From contig CAWFPN010000022.1 in assembly GCA_963817685.1 (NCBI GenBank), positions 40,197 to 104,196 of the forward strand: DNA of 64,000 nt, given 5' to 3'. The stretch is from an uncultured Verrucomicrobiae bacterium (GTDB lineage Bacteria; Verrucomicrobiota; Verrucomicrobiia; Palsa-1439). A model generated the notes under the pieces. It did no database searches and was not told the DNA's origin. It worked only from the letters and a program-made list of their open reading frames with translations. The translations under genes and the position numbers were made by a program. Below are positions 53,981 through 63,204 of the stretch, piece by piece; position 1 is the first letter of the stretch, and each line of letters opens with the position of its first letter.

Positions 53981-54412
53981 ATGGCCACCAATCTGCCAGC
54001 CGCCAAGGGCAAGATCATCCTGCTCGTCGACGATGATACGGAACTGCTCAAGGCGTTGACGAAGGTCCTGGAGAAGGAGAACTACGAGGTGGTCGCGCAA
54101 CCCGACGCAGTCAGCGCGATCAAGCTCGTGAATTCGTCACAGCAGAAGTTCGACCTCGTCATCACCGACGTGTCCATGCCCGGCATGAAGGGGACGACCT
54201 TCCTGGCGGCCGTGAAGACGGCGTTTCCCGCCGTGCCCGTGATCGTGATCACCGGCTTCGGCGATTGGGGCCAGTACATGGAGGCCCTGCGCGAAGGCGC
54301 TTTTGAGTACCTGAGCAAACCCCTCGACAAGTCCGCCTTGTTGTCCACCGTGCAGCGCGCGCTCATCAACGGGACGAAGCCCAACAATCACAAAACGGCC
54401 GCTCCCAAGTAG
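53981..54412 (+). CDS. Single-domain response regulator
   Basis: LLVDDD, VITDVSMPG, VITGFG, YLSKP; no output domain. Confidence 0.92.
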   Translation: MATNLPAAKGKIILLVDDDTELLKALTKVLEKENYEVVAQPDAVSAIKLVNSSQQKFDLVITDVSMPGMKGTTFLAAVKTAFPAVPVIVITGFGDWGQYMEALREGAFEYLSKPLDKSALLSTVQRALINGTKPNNHKTAAPK

Positions 54413-54430
54413 CCCGTCCGTCCCGCCCGT

Positions 54431-55231
54431 TCACCCTGCCGGGGCCGTGTTCAGCAGCCACAACATCTCGGCCTCGAAATCCTTCAAGCTCTGATAACCC
54501 GCCAGGGAGAGGGATTGGTTGCCCAGCACGCAACGCGCCCCGAGATTGGTCCGCGCAGAGCTCAACCGGGCAAACTCAGACACCAACAGGCGGAAGTTCA
54601 GCGAGGCGTTCACCAGCTTCTGTGCGCCCAGGCCGGAGAAGTCGAAGTGCTCCGGATCGAAACAGAGGAACTCGCCCCCGGCCGTGACCAGTTGCCCGAA
54701 GGTGATGGTGCGGTTGGTCTTGACCTGTTTCTCCTCCTTCGATGGTTTGCTGCCGCCAAACAGCCCCCGTGTCGCCATGCCCGTCATCAGGAACAAACCG
54801 ACCCCGACCAATTGCGCGCCGGCGCCCGGTTCGCGGCCCGCCGTGTCGCGGCGCACCACTTCCTCGGTGAACGCCCCCGCCGCCACGATCGCGATCTCGT
54901 TCCAGGCGAGGGAACGCGGAGGCGCCGTCAGCGAGGGCAGTTGCGGAACAAAGCCCGCGTCGGTTGGTTCGAACCCGGCCATGGCCTGGGGCGCGGACGG
55001 CTTGCGCAAACTGTCATTGGGCACGACGGCGGCGACGACACCTTCTTCGGCCAGCGCGTTGCAGACGTGTTGGGCCTCCGCGGCGGAAACATCGCGCTCG
55101 AGGAATCCCCAGCCCCGCCGCACTTTGGAGCGGGCGTCGAACGGCGGAATCCTGTAGACGCGGCTGACCGCGGCGCTCACCACCTCGAGATGGTCGACGG
55201 GAAACTCCTGAAACAGGACTGAGCAGCTCAC
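54431..55231 (-). CDS. Hypothetical protein
   Basis: Long ORF with coding-like composition and one hydrophobic segment; GTG start inferred. Confidence 0.65.
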   Translation of the reverse strand: MSCSVLFQEFPVDHLEVVSAAVSRVYRIPPFDARSKVRRGWGFLERDVSAAEAQHVCNALAEEGVVAAVVPNDSLRKPSAPQAMAGFEPTDAGFVPQLPSLTAPPRSLAWNEIAIVAAGAFTEEVVRRDTAGREPGAGAQLVGVGLFLMTGMATRGLFGGSKPSKEEKQVKTNRTITFGQLVTAGGEFLCFDPEHFDFSGLGAQKLVNASLNFRLLVSEFARLSSARTNLGARCVLGNQSLSLAGYQSLKDFEAEMLWLLNTAPAG

Positions 55232-55317
55232 ACCCTCTACGATAAACCAACGGCGCCGCTCTGGCAAACCTCCGCTTCTCTTGCCCTGGCGTTGCCGGCG
55301 GACTACAATCGGCGGCG

Positions 55318-56397
55318 GTGACGGACATGGACATCAAACAGGCGACCGCCGGATACGAAGCGTGGCTGGCCGCGCGCTTGTCCCTGCTGCCGGCCGACCT
55401 GCGGGCGAAGCACCGCCACATGGCCGAAGCGGTCTTCCCGTTCCTGCGGGCCACGTTCTACCGCTGGGCGCAACTCTGGCCGGCCGTCTGCCCCGCTCTC
55501 GCCGCCGCTCCCCGCGTGCTGGCCGTCGGCGACCTGCACATCGAAAACTTCGGCACTTGGCGTGACAGCGAGGGTCGCCTGGTCTGGGGCGTGAACGATT
55601 TCGACGAAGTCTATCCGATGGCCTACACCAACGATCTCGTCCGCCTGGCCACCAGCGCCCTGCTGGCCATTGAGGAAGAAGTCCTGTCACTCTCCGCCCG
55701 CGACGCCTGCGCCGCGATCCTCGACGGTTACACCGAAGCCATCGCCGGGGGCGGCTGCCCGTTCGTGCTTTCCGATCTGCATCCCGCACTGCATACGATG
55801 GCCGTCCATCGCTTGCGCGACCCGGTCTCTTTTTGGGGGAAACTGGATGGCCTGCCCGCGTTACGGCGCGGTGTTCCCGCGCGCGTTTCGGCGCTGTTGC
55901 ATAGCGCCTTGCCTGAGAAAGGGCTGTCCTGCCGAATCGTCCACCGAGTGGCCGGCCTCGGCAGCCTCGGCCGACAACGCTTCGTTGCCATCGCCGACTG
56001 GCGCGGGGGAAAAGTCGCTCGGGAAGCCAAGGCGCTCACCACCTCCGCCTGTCTCTGGCAGGGAAAGCGTAATGGCTTGGTTCTGTATCCTGCGATTCTG
56101 GAACGTGCCGTCCGCGTCCCCGATCCGCTCCTGTATGTTCGCCACGGCTGGCTCGTCCGCCGGCTCGCGCCCGATTGCAGCCGCATCGAGCTTGCGTCCC
56201 TGCCCGACGAACGCGACGAGATCATGCTCCTCCACGCCATGGGATTCGAGACTGCCAACATCCATCTCGGCAGTCCCGGCGCCGTGGCCGCCGTCCGCCG
56301 CGACCTGAAAGGCCGCGCGCCCAAATGGCTCCGCAAATCCGCCAAAGCCATGGCCGAAGCGACCCTGGCCGACTGGCGCGCTTGGAGAAAGCGCTAG
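55318..56397 (+). CDS. DUF2252-family (kinase-like) protein
   Basis: FPFLRATFYRW, VGDLHIENFG, VNDFDE, RVAGLGSLG. Confidence 0.85.
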   Translation: MTDMDIKQATAGYEAWLAARLSLLPADLRAKHRHMAEAVFPFLRATFYRWAQLWPAVCPALAAAPRVLAVGDLHIENFGTWRDSEGRLVWGVNDFDEVYPMAYTNDLVRLATSALLAIEEEVLSLSARDACAAILDGYTEAIAGGGCPFVLSDLHPALHTMAVHRLRDPVSFWGKLDGLPALRRGVPARVSALLHSALPEKGLSCRIVHRVAGLGSLGRQRFVAIADWRGGKVAREAKALTTSACLWQGKRNGLVLYPAILERAVRVPDPLLYVRHGWLVRRLAPDCSRIELASLPDERDEIMLLHAMGFETANIHLGSPGAVAAVRRDLKGRAPKWLRKSAKAMAEATLADWRAWRKR

Positions 56398-57191
56398 CCG
56401 CCCCAGCCGCTTCCCCGCAAAAGCGCGATCAAGCTCACCGCGAACACGAGCGAGTACGCCACTTCGGTCCACCCCAGCCGTTTGATGCGCAGCGCCGGCG
56501 TCAAGCGGCCCACGCCCGCCACCGCGCGCGCCATGACGGGAGCAAACGCGATCAGGGCGACCGCCGGAACGGCATTCACCGCCGCCAGGACACCCAGGCA
56601 AACCAGCGCACCGCCATAATAGAGCAGCGTGTTCGCGCCCAGTACCAGTTTCTCCCGCAAACTCTCCAACGGCTTCCGGCGGATCGCGGCGGCGATGTGC
56701 ATCTTCACGTAGAACACGCCGCCGCAGAAATAGAGGACGTTGAGAAGCCACAGCCACGCCGCTTTCGCGTCCATCCGGCCGGTCGCCGCATACCACGCGG
56801 CCGGCGCGGTCAACGTCAACCCCGCCACGGCAATCAGTTGCGCGGCGACACTGCGCTCTGTTTTGCGAAACGCCAGCGGTGTGGCCGCCGCGCCGAACGC
56901 CGTCAGCCACCACAGCCGCCACTGAAGAAGCAACACGGCCGTGCACGCCGCACTTCCCGCGAGCAACGCCACGGTCCACATCCTGTTCTGCTTCAGATAA
57001 CTGGTGCGCGCCACGTAGAAGCACAACACACTGACCAGCAACAGCGCGACCTTCAGATCGAATACGCCGCTCACGCCCACGGCAATCGCAAACGGAACGA
57101 GCAGGATCCCCCACGCGCCGTGCTCGCGCGGCAGCGGCGGTTTGCCCAACTCCACCCGTTCAGCAACCGGACTTTCCTGCACCGCCATCAT
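56394..57191 (-). CDS. YwiC-like membrane protein
   Basis: LPREHGAWGILLVP, VFYVK, IKRLGWTEV. Confidence 0.85.
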   Translation of the reverse strand: MMAVQESPVAERVELGKPPLPREHGAWGILLVPFAIAVGVSGVFDLKVALLLVSVLCFYVARTSYLKQNRMWTVALLAGSAACTAVLLLQWRLWWLTAFGAAATPLAFRKTERSVAAQLIAVAGLTLTAPAAWYAATGRMDAKAAWLWLLNVLYFCGGVFYVKMHIAAAIRRKPLESLREKLVLGANTLLYYGGALVCLGVLAAVNAVPAVALIAFAPVMARAVAGVGRLTPALRIKRLGWTEVAYSLVFAVSLIALLRGSGWGG

Positions 57192-57469
57192 TGGATAGCC
57201 CGGTTGAGGTCCGCCACGAGCGCGTCGATGTCCGGGCATCCGCGCGCCTGCGCGGTCTGTTCGATCGAGTGCGCGCCGCCGCAGCAGAAATCGACCTTGT
57301 GATTGCCGAAGACGCTGACGGTCTGCGGATACTTCGCGACCACGTCGCGCACGATCATGTCCCGGGTGATGGCTGCGTGGTCTTTGTCCGCGCCTTTTTG
57401 TGCGCCGCAACCGCACGGGTGCGCCTTGTGCCCGCTGAACCTGTTCCTGATTGATTGCATGAGACTCAT
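57188..57469 (-). CDS. DUF542/ScdA N-terminal-domain protein (stand-alone)
   Basis: VRDVVAKYP..VF..VDFCCGG. Confidence 0.8.
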   Translation of the reverse strand: MSLMQSIRNRFSGHKAHPCGCGAQKGADKDHAAITRDMIVRDVVAKYPQTVSVFGNHKVDFCCGGAHSIEQTAQARGCPDIDALVADLNRAIQ

Positions 57470-59193
57470 GGTGTCCTTCTCCTGTGGATTTCCTCGTTCA
57501 ACGCCCGGATCAACGGCTGCGGATCGATGGCGTGCCGCCGCGCGGCGAACTCGATGGTGACAAAGCGCGGCGGATCATGGCGCATCGTTGCCAGGCCGGA
57601 CAGGCCGTTGTGAATCAGCACGGGCCGCAGGCCGGGGTGGACCTCCAGCAATTCCGTCACGCGCGTCGTCAGCTTCACCGTCGAGTCGCGCGTAAAGGTC
57701 TCCGCCCTGGAGCGCAACGTCATCGCGATGTTCAGCGCGAACATCACCAGCGCCGCGAACACGAGCAGGCCCGCGATACCCGACCAGGCGTAGCTCCACG
57801 TCGTCTCAAACACCCGGTTGATCGCCATCGCGAACGCCAGCGTGCCGCCCGCCGCCAGGTGCCAGAATGACACGCGCATCAGCCGGTTGCTCCACAGGTT
57901 GACCCCGTTGAAGACCGGCAGGACGCGATAGGCCACGCCGAAGATGATCGGCGTGACAAACCCGATCGCCATCGTGTGCCGGGACGACGCGCTGAGCCGA
58001 AACACATCGGCATGGAACGGAATCACCGCCGCGACCAGCAGCCACGCGTACCCCAGCTGGATGAACCACGCAAACGTGCGGTCCACTCCCTTGATGTCGA
58101 TCTGCACGCGACGCCGGGCGAAAATGCCGAGCGCCCAGACAAAGAGAACAATGGCGACGGCTTCCAGCACCGAAGCGACCCAGGCCAATTGTTCCACCGG
58201 ATAGCGCAGCAGGATCGCCGCGTTCCAAAGCGCAAACGCCGCGTTCGCGGGAAGAATCTTCGATTCACGCAATCCGAGGAAATGCGGCAGCACCCGCAGC
58301 GAGAAACCGAAGATCATGTTGGCGATGAACCCGAAGAACGCCGCGTGGATCCAGAGCGCGTCCTGCAGCGCCGGCACGCCCGTCGAACGGTGCAGGAACA
58401 TCTGCCACACGATCCAGGCATTCCAAACACCCAGCACGCCGAACCAGCCGATGCCGGCCCAGATGAACTTTTCATAGGGCTCGCGCTTTTGCTCCGAACG
58501 CGCGACCGCGCCGCCCAGCAGCCAGACGAACAACCCGATCGCCGCCAACTCAAGCGCAGCCGATCCCAGCAACGCAACGGCCCACACCGGGTCCCTGGCG
58601 AACGGTTGGGCGATCACGCGCAGCAGCACGCCCGAGAACATCAGCGCAAAGCACGCCTGCGCCGCGCGCGCCGGGCGCAACGGGACCATCTTCATGCGCG
58701 GCACGGCGTGAAACGCCACGCCCATCACGAACAGTCCCACCCATCCGAAGATCTGCGCGTGACCGTGGATCTGTTTCAACACCCCGCTGATCTCGTAGTA
58801 CGACTGCGCGAAGGCAATCCGCGTCAGATTGACCAGGCCCAACCCGAAGCCGGCGGTCAACGCCACAAACAGCGCGCCGAACACGAAACGTTTATAGAGG
58901 TTCTCGCTGGCGAATTGCTCCCGCGCCGCCGCGACCGCGTCGCTCTCACGGACCTTCGGCGGCTCGGGCTTCCATTCCCCGCTCACGGCGCGGTTCAGTT
59001 GATCGATCAGTTCATTGAGCGGCACCCGATGCGCCACCGCGAAAAGGAACAAGGGTTCCGGTGGCCCAAACTCCCCGCCGCATCCCGCGATGCCGTACTG
59101 TTCGAACACCGGCCGGCACTGGGCGAACCGCCGGTTGATCTCCGATACCAGCATCGAGTGATTGATCGAAGCGTCGGTGGATTGCGTTGTCAT
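57466..59193 (-). CDS. NnrS-like membrane protein flanked by DUF1858/DUF542-like domains
   Basis: QIHGHAQIFGWVGLFVMG, HAAFFGF, HTMAIGF TM His motifs; soluble ends FEQYGIAGCGG and VTELLEVHP. Confidence 0.75.
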   Translation of the reverse strand: MTTQSTDASINHSMLVSEINRRFAQCRPVFEQYGIAGCGGEFGPPEPLFLFAVAHRVPLNELIDQLNRAVSGEWKPEPPKVRESDAVAAAREQFASENLYKRFVFGALFVALTAGFGLGLVNLTRIAFAQSYYEISGVLKQIHGHAQIFGWVGLFVMGVAFHAVPRMKMVPLRPARAAQACFALMFSGVLLRVIAQPFARDPVWAVALLGSAALELAAIGLFVWLLGGAVARSEQKREPYEKFIWAGIGWFGVLGVWNAWIVWQMFLHRSTGVPALQDALWIHAAFFGFIANMIFGFSLRVLPHFLGLRESKILPANAAFALWNAAILLRYPVEQLAWVASVLEAVAIVLFVWALGIFARRRVQIDIKGVDRTFAWFIQLGYAWLLVAAVIPFHADVFRLSASSRHTMAIGFVTPIIFGVAYRVLPVFNGVNLWSNRLMRVSFWHLAAGGTLAFAMAINRVFETTWSYAWSGIAGLLVFAALVMFALNIAMTLRSRAETFTRDSTVKLTTRVTELLEVHPGLRPVLIHNGLSGLATMRHDPPRFVTIEFAARRHAIDPQPLIRALNEEIHRRRTP

Positions 59194-59202
59194 GATGAGT
59201 TC

Positions 59203-60228
59203 CTAGGGATGGACCAGGCAGCCTTTGCAGCGGACCGGGTCCTTGTCCGAGCGGTAGATCTCACATTGCGGATGGCCGGCGACCTCGAGGTAACCGACCG
59301 CGCCTTGTTGGACGCGGAAAATGGCGTGATCGACCAGCGTGTACGTGCCGGGCACCTGCGCGGTCAACTCGACCACCGTCGCGCCGCCGGCCGGCACCAG
59401 CGTTGTCTGAATGCCGTGGGACGGCGGATCGATGAGATCGCCTTCGCGATACACTTTGTCGAAGATCGTGCCGATGATGTGGAACGACGAGATGAAGTTC
59501 GGGCCGGCGTCGCCGAAATAGATGCGCACGCTTTCGCCGACGTTGGCGCGCAGGACGTTCTTGCCGGTCAACGCGCCCACCCGGCCGTTGAAGACGAAGA
59601 ACGTCGGCCGTTCCTGCAGTCCCTTTTCATGGGAGTATTCCAGGAACTCCGCGTCGTCCGGCGCGTCTTTCGTGTAGAACTCGCTTTGCATGACGTAGTA
59701 CTCGCGATCGACCTTTGGCAGGCCGTGTGTGGGTTCGACGAGGATCAGCCCGTACATGCCGTTGGCGATATGGTCCATCACCGGCGGCGCGGCGCAGTGG
59801 TAAAGGTACAGGCCCGGCACCAGCAGCTTGAACCACGAGACGCGTTCCTCGCCTTTGACGACGGTGGTCACGGGCGCGCCGCCGCCGGGACCGGTGACGG
59901 CGTGCAGGTCGCAATTGTGCGGCATGCCGCTGCCGTCGGTGTTGGCGGTGTGCAGTTCGAGCGTGTCGCCTTCGCGGGCGCGGATGAACGGGCCGGGGGT
60001 GTGTTCATTGAAACACCAGAACGCGTATTGCACGCCCGCGTTCAACACGTTGGTCACCACGCCGCCGGTGAGATGCACTTCCACGATGGCGGACCGGCGC
60101 CGCGTGATCGGCGGAGGCACTTCGGGCGCGAACGTCAGGCGGGCCTGCTCGCGCGGTTCCCCGGCGGCGGCCAGTTGCGCGGCGAGCGCGAGCGCCGCGG
60201 CGAGGATGAAAGGTTTGATCGGTTTCAT
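59203..60228 (-). CDS. nirK: Copper-containing nitrite reductase
   Basis: Signal peptide; PGPFIRAREGD, HNCDLH, YHCAAPPVMDHIANGMYG, SSFHIIG, LVDH. Confidence 0.93.
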   Translation of the reverse strand: MKPIKPFILAAALALAAQLAAAGEPREQARLTFAPEVPPPITRRRSAIVEVHLTGGVVTNVLNAGVQYAFWCFNEHTPGPFIRAREGDTLELHTANTDGSGMPHNCDLHAVTGPGGGAPVTTVVKGEERVSWFKLLVPGLYLYHCAAPPVMDHIANGMYGLILVEPTHGLPKVDREYYVMQSEFYTKDAPDDAEFLEYSHEKGLQERPTFFVFNGRVGALTGKNVLRANVGESVRIYFGDAGPNFISSFHIIGTIFDKVYREGDLIDPPSHGIQTTLVPAGGATVVELTAQVPGTYTLVDHAIFRVQQGAVGYLEVAGHPQCEIYRSDKDPVRCKGCLVHP

Positions 60229-60281
60229 GGCTGTTTCCTTTGTTGCGCGAAACAGCCTACGCCAACCGCGCCACGGAAGGA

Positions 60282-60295
60282 TTGACGCAGGTCAA
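60282..60295. promoter_or_regulatory. FNR/DNR-type box upstream of nirK
   Basis: Perfect palindrome TTGAC-GCAG-GTCAA centred about 60 bp upstream of the nirK ATG. Confidence 0.8.
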
Positions 60296-60316
60296 CAACG
60301 GCCCATATTGGCGAAA

Positions 60317-61375
60317 TCAGCTTTTTGAGGGGGCCTCCGGTGCGTGGGCGCGTTCCCAGGCTTCTTCTTCGGGGGTGAAGTAGCGGACGCGGACCTTTTT
60401 GTATTCCTTGGTGCTGTAGAGCGCGGAGTATTCCGTGATACCGCTCTTTTCGGAAATGGCGCGCAGGGCCTGTTCGCAGTCGGCGGCGCTCTTGCCGTGG
60501 ACCATGGTGAAGATGTTGTAAGGCCAGTCGGGATAGGACGGACGCCGGTAACAATGGCTGACGGCGCGCAGTCCCCCGATCATTTCCCCGATGCGGTCCA
60601 CGGCGGCGTCATCGCCGGAAACGCGCCAGACGCCCATGGCGTTGGCGCTGAAACCCACGTTCCGATGGTGCAACACGGCGGCGATGCGGCGTAGTTTGCC
60701 TTCCTCGGTGAACCGGCGGGCCAGGTCGTGGAGGTGTTCGAGCGACACGCCCAGGTCGCGCGCGTACCCGGCAAACGGAGCGGGGGTGACGGGCAAATCG
60801 CGTTGCAGCATCCGCACAAACTCAATCCCGGCGGGGGTGAGCGTGGTGCTGACGGCGCGTTTGCTTTCCGTGTACGACGGCGCCACCGCGTCGTCGGGCC
60901 GGGAATCGCCGCCCAGGTCGAATTGCACGCCGATCTTGTAGAGTTTCAGCGTCGGCAACAGCCGCATGGCCTCGGCGCCCGCTTCGCGCTGGAGGACCGC
61001 GATGGTCCGTTCCAGCCCGAGCTTGCTGGTGGGCGCGATGGCAATGGTGAACCAGAGATTGAAGGCGTGGTTGCGCAGATAATTGTGGCTGACGCCCGGA
61101 TGACAATTGATCACCGCCGCCGCTTCATCCACGCGGGCCGGGTCGACGCGGGCGGCGACCAGGCTGGAGGCGTACCCGAGGCTGCGAGTATCGAAGATCG
61201 CGCTGATCTGGCGGATCACCTTCGCCTCCTTGAGCCGCCGGACACGGCCGAGCGCGTCCTCCTCGGTCACGCCGATCCGGCGCGCGAGTTCGGCAAAGGG
61301 CCGTTCGCAGACGGGCACGGCGGCCTGCATGAGTTCGAGCAGCTTGATGTCGATTGGATCGGTGACGGCGCTCAT
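60317..61375 (-). CDS. Fused Lrp/AsnC-like siroheme decarboxylase (AhbAB/NirDL-GH type)
   Basis: RPFAELA, GVSHNYLR..FNLWFT, GFSANAMGVW, VSHCYRRP..WPYNIFTMVH, LYSTKEYKK. Confidence 0.88.
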   Translation of the reverse strand: MSAVTDPIDIKLLELMQAAVPVCERPFAELARRIGVTEEDALGRVRRLKEAKVIRQISAIFDTRSLGYASSLVAARVDPARVDEAAAVINCHPGVSHNYLRNHAFNLWFTIAIAPTSKLGLERTIAVLQREAGAEAMRLLPTLKLYKIGVQFDLGGDSRPDDAVAPSYTESKRAVSTTLTPAGIEFVRMLQRDLPVTPAPFAGYARDLGVSLEHLHDLARRFTEEGKLRRIAAVLHHRNVGFSANAMGVWRVSGDDAAVDRIGEMIGGLRAVSHCYRRPSYPDWPYNIFTMVHGKSAADCEQALRAISEKSGITEYSALYSTKEYKKVRVRYFTPEEEAWERAHAPEAPSKS

Positions 61376-61382
61376 GGTGCGA

Positions 61383-62057
61383 TCAAATTTTTTCCCCGCC
61401 CGAGGCGATTTTTTCCAGGCGCGCGCGATTGAGGACGCGGATCTGGCTGCCACGATAGGTGAGAATGCGGTGCTGCGCAAGCCGGTGCAGGAGGCGGGAA
61501 AAGGTCTCCTTGGTGGTGCCCAACATTTGCGCGACGGTGGTCTTGCTGATGTTGACCTTGATCGGCTGGCCGGGTGCGGCGGGCAGGCTCAGCACGTAAC
61601 TGGCGAACCGGCCGGGGACTTCCTTCAGCGTCAGATCGGTCAGCGCGTCGCGCATGCGGCGCAGCGCGTTGACCAGCGACGCGATGATTTTAAAGCTCAG
61701 CTTCGGGTCGCGCGCCAGCAGTTGTTTGAAGCCGTTCTTCTCGAGCAGGACCACCGTGGTGGAGGCCAGCGCCTCGGCAACGGCCGGGTAGGCCTCCATG
61801 AACATGGCCGCCTCCGCGAACGATTCGCCCGCTTCGACGACGTGGATCACGCGTTCCCGGCCGTCGGGCCCCAGGCGGAAGATCTTCACCGCGCCGGCCA
61901 CGACCAGGAAGAACCCGCGCGACGGTTCGCCTTCATTGAAAATGACCTGGCCCTTGCGGTATTCCCCGGAAAAAGCGATCTGTCGCACCGCTTCCAGGTC
62001 CCGGCGGTCGAGATCGGAAAACAGTTTGCAACTCTTCAGCAGAAGGGTCAGATCCAT
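61383..62057 (-). CDS. Crp/Fnr-family regulator, DNR/HcpR-like (no FNR Cys cluster)
   Basis: IFNEGE, GESFAEAAMF, HTH GTTKETFSRLL (E--SR). Confidence 0.92.
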   Translation of the reverse strand: MDLTLLLKSCKLFSDLDRRDLEAVRQIAFSGEYRKGQVIFNEGEPSRGFFLVVAGAVKIFRLGPDGRERVIHVVEAGESFAEAAMFMEAYPAVAEALASTTVVLLEKNGFKQLLARDPKLSFKIIASLVNALRRMRDALTDLTLKEVPGRFASYVLSLPAAPGQPIKVNISKTTVAQMLGTTKETFSRLLHRLAQHRILTYRGSQIRVLNRARLEKIASGGEKI

Positions 62058-62206
62058 GGCCACCGCTCCACGTCTAGCATGCTCCGACGGCCATTGTCGA
62101 GTCGGAGACCATTTTGACAGGGTGAAAATTTGTAATATTCTAAACGGAAATGACTTACGATATAAATTCATGCCATTTGCTGGGACAGATTGGCGCACTT
62201 CGGAAA

Positions 62207-62352
62207 AATTTAAGGCCGTATTAGGTCGTATTAGGCCGTATTTACCCGGATCAGGAGGGACACGGACTGCACGGACGGTCACCCTGGCCGTGAAATTTAA
62301 GGTTGGACTAGGTGCGACTAGGTTTGACCAGGTTTGCCTAGGTTGGACTTTT
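62207..62352 (-). repeat. Composite 10-bp-period repeat element (copy without insert)
   Basis: Reverse complement: AAGTCCAACC TAGGCAAACC TGGTCAAACC TAGTCGCACC TAGTCCAACC TTAAATTT...GATCCGGGTA AATACGGCCT AATACGACCT AATACGGCCT TAAATT. Confidence 0.9.
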
Positions 62353-62722
62353 AGGCCGCAGCCCAGCCGAAAGAGGGCTGGATCAATTAGGCAATTAACG
62401 GCGGCCCGGCTGGAGTTGCCCCGAAAACTACATCGGGTCGTTTGCCGCAAACAGCAGCGGCGTCTCGCAGACTCGGCTCCGAAGACTCGTCTTCGCCCTC
62501 CCCGCAAGCGTAGTTCAGTCGTTTGGGAGGGAGAGCCTCGCCGTCCGGACCCAGGTACGGCTGCCAGGCGCGGCCCTTGCGCTGCCAAGGCCGCCTCGTC
62601 CACCGCCCGGTCTATGCTATCTGCATATATCATTTCTCCCGTACACTAGCACAGTTTCGCCGTCCCGCAACTTCAGGGAGGGATTGATTGGCAGCGCGTT
62701 TCTCCTTTGGCCGGGTGGGGAA

Positions 62723-63127
62723 TCAGGGGGTTCGCCACGGCACCAGGGTCTGGAGCCGCCGGTCCCGCAACCACAGGCTGCCCCAAATCAGGACGCCGAA
62801 CAACACGGGAAACATGATCTCAAACCACCCGGAGCCAACGCGCAGGGTGCTGGCGACCGCGCCGCCCAGGTAGCCCGTCAGCAACATCGCGCCGAGGACG
62901 GAGGTGCGAGGGATGGCGTAAAGCACCGTGCAGGCAATCAGGACCAGGCCGATGCCGGCCAGGGTGGATTCAGGGTAGCCCAGCCGGGCAGTCGCTTGCA
63001 GGACGGGAGCGGGCTTGACGAGCTTCATCACGCCGTCCATCAGCATGAACAACGCAGCCAGGACAGTCAGGAGACGTCCTGTGACAAGCATCTTCTTCGG
63101 AATTTCAACGGTTTCCGTGGATTGCAT
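62723..63127 (-). CDS. DoxX-like membrane protein
   Basis: LFMLMDGVMKL, LYAIPRTSVLGAMLLTGYLGGAV, WLRD. Confidence 0.88.
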   Translation of the reverse strand: MQSTETVEIPKKMLVTGRLLTVLAALFMLMDGVMKLVKPAPVLQATARLGYPESTLAGIGLVLIACTVLYAIPRTSVLGAMLLTGYLGGAVASTLRVGSGWFEIMFPVLFGVLIWGSLWLRDRRLQTLVPWRTP

Positions 63128-63204
63128 AGTTTGCCGTTTCCTTTCTGTGAAGTCATGACTCGATCACGCCGCCCGCCTTCAGCCGTTGCCCGCGCTCCAA
63201 CACT

